This document shows positions 17,483-27,291 of a stretch of 64,000 nt of DNA, piece after piece (the stretch's first letter is position 1; each line of letters opens with the position of its first letter). Made by a program: the position numbers and the translations under genes. The DNA comes from Candidatus Levyibacteriota bacterium (GTDB lineage Bacteria > Patescibacteriota > Microgenomatia > Levybacterales > UBA12049). The stretch is from assembly GCA_003152105.1 (NCBI GenBank), contig PLZJ01000002.1, positions 533,682 to 597,681 of the forward strand, written 5' to 3'. The notes below the pieces were generated by a model. That model searched no databases and was not told the origin of the DNA. It saw only the letters and a program-made list of their open reading frames with translations.

Positions 17483-19468
17483 ATTTTGATATTTTTTCCT
17501 TGTAGTAAGTAAAAACATACTAAATACTAGAAATGGAAAAAGGGTAATTACGATATATTGCGCTTGCAAATTACTTGCTACAACAAAGAATTTATTTTCC
17601 ATAAAATAAAAGAAGTTTTTTGGATTTGTAATTAATTGTTTTTTGTCAACAAAATATACGCCCGCATTATTGTTATCTAGTGTTACGTATTCAGTTGAAG
17701 TGGGTACTTTGTCTTTAATAGTTACTGTATACGTTTTTCCCATTGCATTTTGAATGAGAGGAAATCCAAATGTATCAGGTAACTGATCAGAAGCATGATT
17801 TATTGTGTAATCTGAAGTTGTGTACCAAGTTGCTTCGTGTATTTCTTTCATTTGTAGTTCAACAACTTGTGGAATAAATTTTTTATTTGGAATAGAACTA
17901 TGAGAAAGATTGAAAATAAGAACTCCAAGGTTATTGTGTTTTGCTTGAAAGGTTAGTGATGTTTTTGGATTACTAAGAAGAGATACAGTTTTATTGTTAT
18001 TTGTTTGTGGTGACAATGGCTCTTTGAGTGTAAAAAAACTAACATCAGATTGATAAACAATAAAGGTTACAAGAAGAATTAACAATGTTATACTACCAAA
18101 TAGTATTGGCACATTCATTTTTGCTTTTAGACTGTTTTCTTCTACTATTTTTTTATCACGCTTTGTAAAATAAGGTTTTTCAAGAAAATAATACAATACA
18201 CATGATAGTAGTATTGTTACAACAAACGTAAATAGGATATATATAATGGTAGTCAATTGTGAATTTGGTTGTTTGGTTATGTTTATCATTTGTTCAAGAA
18301 TAAACATGTGGGAAAGATATATTGAGTAACTTATTGTCCCAATAAATACCAATACTTTTGAACGAAAAATTCTTGATAACATGCTAGACTCTGTAAGTGA
18401 ATTGCCCAGTAAATACGTAAACGGAATTGCAAACACAATTTGTATCCATACAGTCAAATTTGGAAAGAGTTGTATTAGTACATGTATTAAATAAATAGAT
18501 ACTAAAAAAAGTAGTACAGGAAAAAACCTCAGTATTCCAACAAATGGCTTATTCAAAGAATGTATTAGATTTGGATTATTTCGGTAAATATACCCAAGTG
18601 ACATTCCTGTGATGAAATAATAGAATAACTGAAATCGAAGCAAGTTTACATTAAGTATATGTAGTGATAGCAATTGGATGCTAGCAAAAAATGGAAGCAG
18701 ACAAAGGAGTAATACTATTTTACTTTTTCTACTTCTCGTACTCATATATGAGATTATCGGTACGCAAATGAATGGATAGAGTAAATAAAATAATATTTCA
18801 GCTGCAAGAGACCAATAAACTGGATCTAACATTTCAACATATTTTCCAATAGGCAATACTAACGTGGCATTTACCGACCAATTTAAAAAGGATTTTTGTA
18901 AGAAAGGAAGTTGATTATAATAGTAATCTGCACCATGTTGCATGACCCAAAAATAATATATTCCGACAATAATTTGAAATACTAAGAATAGATAAAATAG
19001 CACTTTTTTCTCTTTTACACTTAGTCGTTTGCATACATAAACCCAAAAATAGTGAATCAGAAGTGCCATACACAATAAGAGAAAAAGAGAAATATACCAT
19101 TTCGAAAGAGATAAAAATCTAACGATAAATAGGAATGAAGAAATTGTCAAAAAAAGTGGGAAAATTCTCGTATAGCGTTTTTGTATAAATGATAATTTGC
19201 TTATAGGTTCTGGATAAAGATATGCCATTAAAAATCCTGAAAGTATAAAAAGAAGAGATACGCCAATTACTCCACTGTCAAAGAAATAACTTCCAAGAAG
19301 TGTTGTCCTGTTAATAATAGCTGCGTTACTATGACTTAAGAAAACTAGTAAAATTGCTATTCCTCTTAACCCATCAAGAGCGTGAAGTCTGTTTGAATTG
19401 CTATTTTGTTCCACAATATAGATGAGTATAGCAAATATAGAATCATATGCATATTTAACAATTATCAA
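17468..19468 (-). CDS. Acyltransferase-3 family (OafA-like) membrane O-acyltransferase with a C-terminal non-SGNH extracytoplasmic domain and terminal TM anchor
   Basis: N-terminal LDGLRGIAILLVFLSHS (AT3 signature) and ~10 TM helices. A ~200-aa C-terminal domain lacks a GDS(L) motif and is followed by a final hydrophobic helix. Confidence 0.75.
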   Translation of the reverse strand: MIIVKYAYDSIFAILIYIVEQNSNSNRLHALDGLRGIAILLVFLSHSNAAIINRTTLLGSYFFDSGVIGVSLLFILSGFLMAYLYPEPISKLSFIQKRYTRIFPLFLTISSFLFIVRFLSLSKWYISLFLLLCMALLIHYFWVYVCKRLSVKEKKVLFYLFLVFQIIVGIYYFWVMQHGADYYYNQLPFLQKSFLNWSVNATLVLPIGKYVEMLDPVYWSLAAEILFYLLYPFICVPIISYMSTRSRKSKIVLLLCLLPFFASIQLLSLHILNVNLLRFQLFYYFITGMSLGYIYRNNPNLIHSLNKPFVGILRFFPVLLFLVSIYLIHVLIQLFPNLTVWIQIVFAIPFTYLLGNSLTESSMLSRIFRSKVLVFIGTISYSIYLSHMFILEQMINITKQPNSQLTTIIYILFTFVVTILLSCVLYYFLEKPYFTKRDKKIVEENSLKAKMNVPILFGSITLLILLVTFIVYQSDVSFFTLKEPLSPQTNNNKTVSLLSNPKTSLTFQAKHNNLGVLIFNLSHSSIPNKKFIPQVVELQMKEIHEATWYTTSDYTINHASDQLPDTFGFPLIQNAMGKTYTVTIKDKVPTSTEYVTLDNNNAGVYFVDKKQLITNPKNFFYFMENKFFVVASNLQAQYIVITLFPFLVFSMFLLTTRKKYQNLRTT

Positions 19469-19623
19469 CTTATTAGTGAAAAATATATTTTGTTTCTAAC
19501 TCAATATTTCTGTTTAGAATCTTTCTATGTAACTGGGTCAAGCAAAATCTTTGTAAGATAGTTAAAGATAAGATTAGAATTATTTTCACTTACTCTATTA
19601 AAATTTGATATAATTTCGACAAT

Positions 19624-20433
19624 ATGAGTTCTGAATTTGGTGAAGGAGTAAAACCTATTGAAATTGCTCAATTAAAACCTTCTCATATTAGTACTGATGA
19701 TTATGAACTACTTGGTTTAGATGAACTTATGTCTTTGGGTTATGGAATACCTAGAGAAGATGGTTTAAAAAGAGCTGAAGAAGAATATGGTGGTAGTGAC
19801 GAACGAAAGGATATCTTTTTTGCATTAGAACAAGGAAGAATTGTTAGTTCATTAGTGTTAATAAATTGGTCAGAAGGACAAACAAAAAGAGGAGCTCCAT
19901 TTTGGGGAAAATTACGAGAGCTAGATCACAAACTAGTTGATAAAGCGCAAGAATATTCATCATATGCGTGTGATGTAGGTGGAATAGTTACGCTTCCAGA
20001 ATATCGATCAAAAGGTATAATGAAAAAACTGATACAAAAGGCGCATCAAGAATTAAAACCTTCAATAATTGTGGGAAGAACTAAAACTGTAGAAGCCGTA
20101 AAAGCAAGAGCAAGTAATTGGGATGGAATGCAAACGTATTATGGTTTGGTAAATATTACTCCTGGATCAAATCCTACTGATAGCGGGTTATCTCAAGAGC
20201 TTGATGATGCCTATTATATTGCAAGACAACCAGAAGAAATAGTTGATAAAGAAGGAATAATATATGTATCATCAGATTTTTTACCACCAACCATTCCAGA
20301 TGTTTCGCAAGTTTCAGAGGCAATACAACTGGCTTTTAAGCCTGTAATAGAGCGACAAAAAGAATTAAATGAAATTGGTCGGCAGACAGCGTTACTTCCT
20401 TTAATCTCCATAGCAAAAGCTGCATTGCATTAA
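19624..20433 (+). CDS. Hypothetical protein, possible GNAT-fold acyltransferase
   Basis: CDVGGIVTLPEYRSKGIMKKLIQKA resembles the GNAT acyl-CoA binding motif. TGaTATAAT at 19606-19614 lies 9 nt upstream. Confidence 0.4.
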   Translation: MSSEFGEGVKPIEIAQLKPSHISTDDYELLGLDELMSLGYGIPREDGLKRAEEEYGGSDERKDIFFALEQGRIVSSLVLINWSEGQTKRGAPFWGKLRELDHKLVDKAQEYSSYACDVGGIVTLPEYRSKGIMKKLIQKAHQELKPSIIVGRTKTVEAVKARASNWDGMQTYYGLVNITPGSNPTDSGLSQELDDAYYIARQPEEIVDKEGIIYVSSDFLPPTIPDVSQVSEAIQLAFKPVIERQKELNEIGRQTALLPLISIAKAALH

Positions 20434-20513
20434 AGACAACAAATGATTGCAGATCTTTATTTGAATTCTTCTCATACCCACATTAAATTTGTATACTATA
20501 GTAGTATTACTTT

Positions 20514-21089
20514 ATGACAGGACGAACCCATGATTTAGGCGCATTTACTGCTTTAACATATATAATCGTTTCTCAGCCTTTAATGCATATTGGTTTAGCA
20601 ACAACCATTGTTGCATTTTCAGCAAACATGATTGGTGGATTAATGCCGGATATTGATCAACCTACGGCCGATTTGTGGCACAAATTACCTGCCGGAACAG
20701 TTTACAGTAGGCTATTTACGCCTTTACTAGGAGGACATAGGTTTATTTCACATTCCATTTTTGGTATTGTATTATTTGGGTTTGGATCAAAGTTTATACT
20801 CAACTCAGCGTCCCATGTGTTACTTGTGAATATGGATATTGTGTGGTGGAGTTTTATGATCGGATTTCTATCACATTTAATTTTGGACACATTCACAAAA
20901 GAAGGAGTTCCATGGTTATTTCCCATACCAATAAAATTTGGCATTCCGCCAATTAAGGCTCTGCGAATTAAAACAGGAGGAATGATTGAAAAGGCAGGAG
21001 TATTTCCGCTACTTCTTATAGCTAATTTTTATATGTTTTATGAATATCATCTCAAAATATTAGATTTTATACATCACTATATAAAATAG
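20514..21089 (+). CDS. Membrane-bound metal-dependent hydrolase (YdjM/DUF457-like)
   Basis: HDLGAF…MPDIDQP…SHLILD His/Asp pattern across 4-5 TM helices. Confidence 0.55.
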   Translation: MTGRTHDLGAFTALTYIIVSQPLMHIGLATTIVAFSANMIGGLMPDIDQPTADLWHKLPAGTVYSRLFTPLLGGHRFISHSIFGIVLFGFGSKFILNSASHVLLVNMDIVWWSFMIGFLSHLILDTFTKEGVPWLFPIPIKFGIPPIKALRIKTGGMIEKAGVFPLLLIANFYMFYEYHLKILDFIHHYIK

Positions 21090-21103
21090 CATTTTGAATT
21101 GTT

Positions 21104-21127
21104 ATGCAATGCTTTGCATGATAAAAT
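21104..21127 (+). promoter_or_regulatory. Palindrome ATGCAA-tgct-TTGCAT abutting the extended -10 TGaTAAAAT of the hydrolase gene
   Basis: Perfect 6-bp inverted repeat at 21104-21119, immediately 5' of TG(21119-20)-a-TAAAAT. ATG at 21137. Confidence 0.35.
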
Positions 21128-21136
21128 CTTTTTTAT

Positions 21137-21856
21137 ATGTTAAAAGCAGTTACCTTTAGTAGTCATGGTGAAGAAGTTCATGGCACATTAATCATCCCTC
21201 AGAAATTGAAAAACAAAAATCCTGGAGTTGTTTTAATTCATGGCTTTGGGAGTAATGAAAAAAACTATATTCCACTTGGTGAACGACTGGCAGAAATTGG
21301 CATAGTTGCTTTTACGATAAATTTGAGAGGACATAAGGGAAACAATAATGTAGAGGATTTCTTAAAGGTTAAAGATGGATTTGAAGATGGCTTAGCGTCT
21401 TTTGATTTTTTAACAAGTTTTGAATTTATTGATAAAGAGAGAATTGGCATATGCGGCGCGAGTTTTGGTGGAGGTATTTGTGCATATGTGAGCGGTCGGC
21501 GAAAAGTAAAAAGTATAGTCCTTCGAGCGCCTGCTACTTATTCAGATTACCTTCTAAATCTTACTCTCCCTGAGATTTTAAAAGAAGAAGGAGATAAATT
21601 TAATAATATGGAGAATATTTTCGATACGATTCCCATCAAGAGCTTAGAAGAATTCAAAGGATATCTTTTAATTATTACTTCAGAAAATGATGAGGTTATT
21701 CCAAAAAGAATGACTGATGCGTTTTTGCATGCAGCCAGAAATGCAGCACATAAAGATTTGACAAAAATAAAAGATGCAACTCACGGATTAGACAATGATA
21801 TTTGGAAAGAGAAATTTAGGCATTTAACAATTGACTGGTTTCAAAAAACCTTGTGA
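21137..21856 (+). CDS. Alpha/beta-hydrolase (dienelactone-hydrolase/BAAT-like)
   Basis: GVVLIHGFGS oxyanion region, nucleophile elbow GASFGGG, Asp/His downstream (ENDEV…THG). Confidence 0.75.
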   Translation: MLKAVTFSSHGEEVHGTLIIPQKLKNKNPGVVLIHGFGSNEKNYIPLGERLAEIGIVAFTINLRGHKGNNNVEDFLKVKDGFEDGLASFDFLTSFEFIDKERIGICGASFGGGICAYVSGRRKVKSIVLRAPATYSDYLLNLTLPEILKEEGDKFNNMENIFDTIPIKSLEEFKGYLLIITSENDEVIPKRMTDAFLHAARNAAHKDLTKIKDATHGLDNDIWKEKFRHLTIDWFQKTL

Positions 21857-21926
21857 CCCCAGAGGAAGTCGAATCCTCGTCTTCAGGATGAGAACCTGAT
21901 GTCCTAGGCCACTAGACGATGGGGCC
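21854..21926 (-). tRNA. tRNA-Glu (anticodon CUC)
   Basis: 73-nt cloverleaf folded by hand. Acceptor GGCCCCA/TGGGGTC, D-loop with GG, anticodon loop TT-CTC-AT, T-arm GAGGA-TTCGACT-TCCTC, discriminator A, no encoded CCA. Overlaps the stop codon of 21137..21856. Confidence 0.85.
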
Positions 21927-22010
21927 AATGCCTATATTTTATCCTATATCTATCTTAGAAACAATCTTTCTCATTACATCTTATAACAGGAGACAACTTA
22001 TCTGTATTTA

Positions 22011-22018
22011 TGTATAAT
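22011..22018 (+). promoter_or_regulatory. Extended -10 (TGTATAAT) 7 nt upstream of ATG 22026, a leaderless promoter opening the glycosylation supercluster
   Basis: Read directly from sequence. Confidence 0.45.
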
Positions 22019-22025
22019 CGTATCA

Positions 22026-22787
22026 ATGGATACTATTTACTTATCTGTTGTGATCCCTTCGTATGATGAGATGGCAAATTTACAAAAAGGAGTCTTGGAA
22101 AAAATTGACAGATTTCTAAGTAAAAAATCTTATTCATTTGAAGTAATAATAGTTGATGATGGATCAAAAGATGGAAGTATTGAATTTGTAGAAGATTTTA
22201 TTAAGGATCACTCTCAGTTTACTGTCATTAAAAATCCTCATTTTGGAAAAGCTGGAGCAGTCACTACAGGAATGTTAAAAGCAAAAGGAAAATATAGATT
22301 GTTTACTGATATGGATCAAGCTACACCGATCGAAGAGCTAGATACTGTTTTACCATTTTTAGAAAATGAACAATTTGATCTAGTAATTGGATCTCGAAAA
22401 AATCAGAGAAAAGGGGCGCCTTTAATAAGGTTATTTGTTTCAAGAAGTAATATAGTGCTAAGAAAATTAATTGTTGGTATTTTAGATATTTCTGATACGC
22501 AGTGTGGATTTAAAATATTTAAAGATAGTGTTGCTTCGGATATATTTGAAACATTTCGGAAAATAAAAAAAGGATTTATCGCAACAAATGGAGCTGCCGT
22601 AACTTCAGGATTTGATGTTGAGCTACTATATATAGCAGAAAAAAAAGGTTACAAAATTAAAGAAGTACCAGTAAAGTGGTTATATGTTGAGAGCCGACGA
22701 GTTAATCCAATAACTGATTCTGTAAAAGGATTAATTGATCTACTTTTGATTAGATTAAATATTCTAAAAGGAATATATACTACATGA
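22026..22787 (+). CDS. GT2 polyprenyl-phosphate sugar synthase (DPM1/GtrB/ArnC-like)
   Basis: LSVVIPSYDE, VIIVDDGSKDGS, DMDQ, DTQCGFK. Single-domain GT2 of the Dpm1 type. Confidence 0.85.
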   Translation: MDTIYLSVVIPSYDEMANLQKGVLEKIDRFLSKKSYSFEVIIVDDGSKDGSIEFVEDFIKDHSQFTVIKNPHFGKAGAVTTGMLKAKGKYRLFTDMDQATPIEELDTVLPFLENEQFDLVIGSRKNQRKGAPLIRLFVSRSNIVLRKLIVGILDISDTQCGFKIFKDSVASDIFETFRKIKKGFIATNGAAVTSGFDVELLYIAEKKGYKIKEVPVKWLYVESRRVNPITDSVKGLIDLLLIRLNILKGIYTT

Positions 22788-23980
22788 AACAATTTAAAGG
22801 TCTTTTTATTTTTACTATTTTTACTTCTCTACTTCTCTTTTTCTATTCATTCACTCAAGTGGATTTGAGTTTAACATTATCAAAATCTTCAGTTTATCAA
22901 AGTGTTGAGAAATGGTTTCAATACATTGGTTATTTTAATAGACCGTTGTCAACTGAGCTATTTATTGGTATTTTAGTACTTCTATTTATTTCTTATTTTT
23001 GGTTACTATATTTAACGCACAAAAAAGTTATTTCAAATAAGCAGTTTTGGTATTTGCTTCTTATAGTAGTATGTATATTAACTTTTTCATATAACGCTTT
23101 TTCTTACGATATTTTTAACAATATCTTTGACGCAAAAATTGTTACGTTTTATCACCAAAATCCATATCTACACAAAGCATTAGATTTTCCTAAAGATCCA
23201 ATGCGTTCGTTTATGCACTGGACGCAAAGAACATATCCGTATGGACCATTATTTTTACTTCTGAATATTGGATTGTCGTATCTAGGTATTAAAATATTTA
23301 TACTAACTTTCTTTATTTTTAAAATAGTAACAAGTTTATTTTTTCTCGGTTGTATATATTATTTACAAAAAATTCTTGGAGGTTGGAGAAAAGAAACATT
23401 ATTTCAAAGTGCTTTTTTCGCATTTAATCCTCTTGTCATTATTGAGTCTATAGTTTCATCACATAATGATGTAATTATGTTATTTTTTGCACTCTGTGGA
23501 TTATATTATTTAATGAAAAAAAAATATTTATTCGCAATACTACTCACACTTTGTTCACCGCTAATTAAGCAAGCTACTTTTTTACTTCCTATTATTATAA
23601 CCCTTTATATCTTGCTTAATAAAAAATTATCTCTCAATAGGTATTCGATATATGCAATATATGCAGTTGTTATGAGTATTATGCTATATGTTTACACCTA
23701 TATTGGATATCTGCTTCCAGGTTTTGCAATTCACGAAATTCAACCATGGTACTTATTGTGGGTTATTCCATTTATAGCGCTTCTTAAACCAAGATATTAT
23801 CTCTATACGCTCTTTATTGGTATCTCACTTGGCCTACTACTTAGATATGTTCCATTTTTATGGCTGGGAAATTGGGATGGTGTTGCTATTCCAGTTCGAA
23901 ATTATTCGTCTTTGCTAGCGCCTTTAGTAGTTCTTGGCTTTGGGTTTATATTTCGGAAATATAAAGTGATAAAGATATAG
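22784..23980 (+). CDS. Polytopic membrane protein, GT87/DUF2029-like putative mannosyltransferase
   Basis: About 10 TM helices. RTYPYGPLFLLL and SSHNDVIM resemble DUF2029 loop motifs. ATGA overlap with the upstream GT2. Confidence 0.4.
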   Translation: MKQFKGLFIFTIFTSLLLFFYSFTQVDLSLTLSKSSVYQSVEKWFQYIGYFNRPLSTELFIGILVLLFISYFWLLYLTHKKVISNKQFWYLLLIVVCILTFSYNAFSYDIFNNIFDAKIVTFYHQNPYLHKALDFPKDPMRSFMHWTQRTYPYGPLFLLLNIGLSYLGIKIFILTFFIFKIVTSLFFLGCIYYLQKILGGWRKETLFQSAFFAFNPLVIIESIVSSHNDVIMLFFALCGLYYLMKKKYLFAILLTLCSPLIKQATFLLPIIITLYILLNKKLSLNRYSIYAIYAVVMSIMLYVYTYIGYLLPGFAIHEIQPWYLLWVIPFIALLKPRYYLYTLFIGISLGLLLRYVPFLWLGNWDGVAIPVRNYSSLLAPLVVLGFGFIFRKYKVIKI

Positions 23981-24022
23981 TGACTATATGTGTTTGTGGG
24001 TAATTTATGTATAATAATACGT

Positions 24023-25576
24023 ATGAAATATCTTAAAAAATATAAAATAGAAATTTGTATTGGTGTATTTTTAACCATACTTTATTTTTTTCTTCGAACT
24101 GTTGCTCTTTCAAGACTTCCTATATTTACCGATGAGGCAATCTACATTCGATGGGCACAAATTGCATTAAGCGACGCAAATTGGCGATTTATTTCATTAA
24201 CAGACGGAAAAGGTCCATTTTTTATCTGGATGATGTTGCCGTTTTTAAAATTTATTCATGATCCTTTAATTGCAGGTCGAATGCTTTCTGTAATTTTTGG
24301 TTTTTTTACACTTATTGGATTATTTTTAACCAGTTTCGAATTATTTAGAAATAAATGGGTGTCATTTTTAACTGCGCTTTTATATGTATTTTTTCCTTAT
24401 GCAATCGTTTATGACCGAATGGCATTATATGATTGTATGGTGGCAACATTTTCTATATGGTCTCTTTACTTTTCAATACTTCTAGCAAGACGCATTAGAC
24501 TTGATATTACATTTACACTTGGAGCAATACTTGGTGCTGGCGTATTAACAAAAGCAAACGCAAGTTTTTCTGCAATACTACTACCGTTTACCTTGTTACT
24601 TTTTCCTTTTAAGGAAAAAAAATCTATACAGCAACTCATAAAATGGGTACTTTTTGCACTTTTTGCATATATCATTTCTCAAATACTTTATAGCGTTTTA
24701 CGGTTATCGCCTTTGTACGGCGTTATCAATATTAAAACATCGACTTTTGTCTATTCGTTTTCAGAACTCTTTCATATGGGTATAGGTATGATGTTTAGTA
24801 TTTTTTACGGGAACTTTTTAGTGCTAATCACATGGTGGTATCAGTATATGGGTATTTCATTTATTTTACTTTTAATCGTTGGACTGGCATTTGGAAATTA
24901 TTGGAAAGAAAAAGCACTGCTATGTATTTATTTTATTGTTCCCTACGTTGCACTTGCTATGTTTGGAAAAATAATATTCCCCCGATTTGTTTTCTTTGCA
25001 GCCATTAATCTTTTACCAATAGTCGCATTTGGTCTTTATTTTAGTATTAATGTTTTCTTAAGAAATCTTGTGAAAGACAAATCTTCTATAGCTAAAAAAT
25101 ATAGCATTATTGTGCTTATTATTTTTTGTTTTCTTCTTTCTAATGCATTTATTTGTTATCAATTTATTTTTAATCCTATTAGTGCACAAATCGCTAGTGG
25201 AGATAGAGGTCAGTATATAGAAAATTGGCCAGCTGGTTGGGGAGTTTCACAAAGTATTGCATATTTTTCCTCCCGTGCACAAAACGGTAAAATTTATATT
25301 GGTACTGAGGGAACGTTTGGTTTAATGCCTGAATCGTATGAAATGTACTTGGTGCACAATAAGAATGTTACGATAAAAGGCATATGGCCTATAGAAAATA
25401 CAATGCCAAAAGAACTTGTCGATTCAGCAGTAAAAGTTCCAACATATGTTGTTTTTTATCAACCTTGTCCCACTTGCTCAAATACAAATGAAGCGCCAAA
25501 ATCCTGGCAATTAATGCAAGTTTTTCAAACTAGTACATTAAATACTAGATTAACTATTTATCAAGTAATACCTTAG
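24023..25576 (+). CDS. ArnT/PMT-like (GT39/GT83-type) GT-C membrane glycosyltransferase
   Basis: First loop PIFTDEAIYIRWAQ (DE motif), then GRMLSVIFG. TGTATAAT at 24008-24015 lies 7 nt before the ATG. The track start 23990 is a GTG. Confidence 0.5.
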   Translation: MKYLKKYKIEICIGVFLTILYFFLRTVALSRLPIFTDEAIYIRWAQIALSDANWRFISLTDGKGPFFIWMMLPFLKFIHDPLIAGRMLSVIFGFFTLIGLFLTSFELFRNKWVSFLTALLYVFFPYAIVYDRMALYDCMVATFSIWSLYFSILLARRIRLDITFTLGAILGAGVLTKANASFSAILLPFTLLLFPFKEKKSIQQLIKWVLFALFAYIISQILYSVLRLSPLYGVINIKTSTFVYSFSELFHMGIGMMFSIFYGNFLVLITWWYQYMGISFILLLIVGLAFGNYWKEKALLCIYFIVPYVALAMFGKIIFPRFVFFAAINLLPIVAFGLYFSINVFLRNLVKDKSSIAKKYSIIVLIIFCFLLSNAFICYQFIFNPISAQIASGDRGQYIENWPAGWGVSQSIAYFSSRAQNGKIYIGTEGTFGLMPESYEMYLVHNKNVTIKGIWPIENTMPKELVDSAVKVPTYVVFYQPCPTCSNTNEAPKSWQLMQVFQTSTLNTRLTIYQVIP

Positions 25577-25587
25577 ACTTTGAGTGT

Positions 25588-27288
25588 ATGGTAAAGAACA
25601 CGTATTTATTCGATAGGTATCATTTATTATTCCTTATAGTTGTATTTCTTTTTGCATTTGTTCTAAGGTTTTATCAACTAGGATCACTTCCTCAAGGGTT
25701 AAGTCAAGACGAGTCAGCAATTGGATATAACGCGTATTCCATTCTCCAAACTTCAAAAGATGAGCATGGTATAACATTGCCATTATATTTTAAGTCATTT
25801 AATGACTTCAAAATGCCCTCTTATATTTATCTTACAGCAATATCTGAAAAAGTCTTTGGATTAAATGAATTTGCGGTTCGTTTTCCTTCTGCGTTATTTG
25901 GATTTCTAAGTGTTATTTTTCTATACCTTCTTGTTTATGAGATTTCAAAGAACAAAAATTTATCTTTACTAACTGCGTTATTTTTAGCGATAAACCCATG
26001 GCAATTATTTTTTTCAAGAACAGCTTATGAAGTAAATGTGGCACTTTCGTTTATCTTAATTGGACTATATCTTTTCATGTTAGGAGTAAGACGTAGAAAT
26101 CAATTACTATTATTTTTTATTGCAATTGTATTTTTTGTATTAGCAATGTACACATATAATGTGACGCGAATAATGTCTCCTCTTATACTTTTGATGTATG
26201 TTTATTTTTATAGAAATAAAATAATCCTACCAAATAGTAAAAAAGTATTTTTAGGTATTTGGTTTTTATTGTTAATCATTCCATTTTTCTTAACGTTTAA
26301 AAATGGATCTGGTTTTTCCAATCAAGAAAATGTTCTCGTTTTTGGGTCAGTCAATCAAGCACAGGCAATAGAATTTAAGAGTTACTTACTCGCCCTTCCA
26401 AAGCCTTTGACATTACTTTTTTTCAATAAAGACGTACTGCTATTTGTTGAATATCTAAAAAATATTATAAATTCATTATCAGTATCTCTTTATTTTGTAT
26501 CAAGCGGAAATGGTGGAAATGCAGGTGTTGGCAATGTTGGACTCTTTTATTTGTTTGATTTACCATTCCTGCTTTTTGGAATTTACCTAACGTGTAAAAG
26601 AAGAATTACCTATTTTTATCCTTTTATTGCATGGATACTTTTAGAAATTATAGTAGTTAGTATAAGTATTGAAGTGCCTCATGCAACTAGAAGTTATACT
26701 ATTTTACTTCCTTTTATACTCTTTTCTGCATTTGGTTGTTATAGCTTACTTGAGATTATTCAAAAATATAAGAAACCGTTTTTGAAAAATATCCTTCTAT
26801 TTCTTGTGATACTCGTTGTCGGTTACTCATTTTTATATTTTATCGTTTCATACACAACACAATTTCAATACAAATATACTTCTTGGTGGAGACCAGAAGA
26901 AAAACCACTTGCGTTATATCTTAAAAATGAACAAGGAAATTACAATTCAATAATAATAGACTCAAGTGCTCCGCTTATTTATACTTCACTACTTTTTTAT
27001 CAAGCATACCCACCTTCTGTTTTTCAAGGTTCTAGTGTCTACCAAAAAGATAGTCTTTTTACCAACATTTCCCGTTTTGGGAAATATAGCCTAGAAACTA
27101 TTGATTGGTCTAAAGATTTACAAATGTCAAACACATTGTTTGTGACCACTGATAAAAATAGCCCACCTGGACTAAGTCCTATTGCAACGTTTAGTTTGCC
27201 TACAAGGCCAGTTGTTTTATCTATTGATAATCAAATTGTTCAATATCCAACAACTGAAAAGATTTTTGAAGTATACAAATCAGAATAA
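25588..27288 (+). CDS. ArnT/PMT-like GT-C glycosyltransferase (family B paralog)
   Basis: QDESAIGYNAYS…DEHG…FAVRFPSALFG…AINPWQLFFSR, shared with 41092, 42847 and 44505. Confidence 0.6.
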   Translation: MVKNTYLFDRYHLLFLIVVFLFAFVLRFYQLGSLPQGLSQDESAIGYNAYSILQTSKDEHGITLPLYFKSFNDFKMPSYIYLTAISEKVFGLNEFAVRFPSALFGFLSVIFLYLLVYEISKNKNLSLLTALFLAINPWQLFFSRTAYEVNVALSFILIGLYLFMLGVRRRNQLLLFFIAIVFFVLAMYTYNVTRIMSPLILLMYVYFYRNKIILPNSKKVFLGIWFLLLIIPFFLTFKNGSGFSNQENVLVFGSVNQAQAIEFKSYLLALPKPLTLLFFNKDVLLFVEYLKNIINSLSVSLYFVSSGNGGNAGVGNVGLFYLFDLPFLLFGIYLTCKRRITYFYPFIAWILLEIIVVSISIEVPHATRSYTILLPFILFSAFGCYSLLEIIQKYKKPFLKNILLFLVILVVGYSFLYFIVSYTTQFQYKYTSWWRPEEKPLALYLKNEQGNYNSIIIDSSAPLIYTSLLFYQAYPPSVFQGSSVYQKDSLFTNISRFGKYSLETIDWSKDLQMSNTLFVTTDKNSPPGLSPIATFSLPTRPVVLSIDNQIVQYPTTEKIFEVYKSE

Positions 27289-27291
27289 CAT

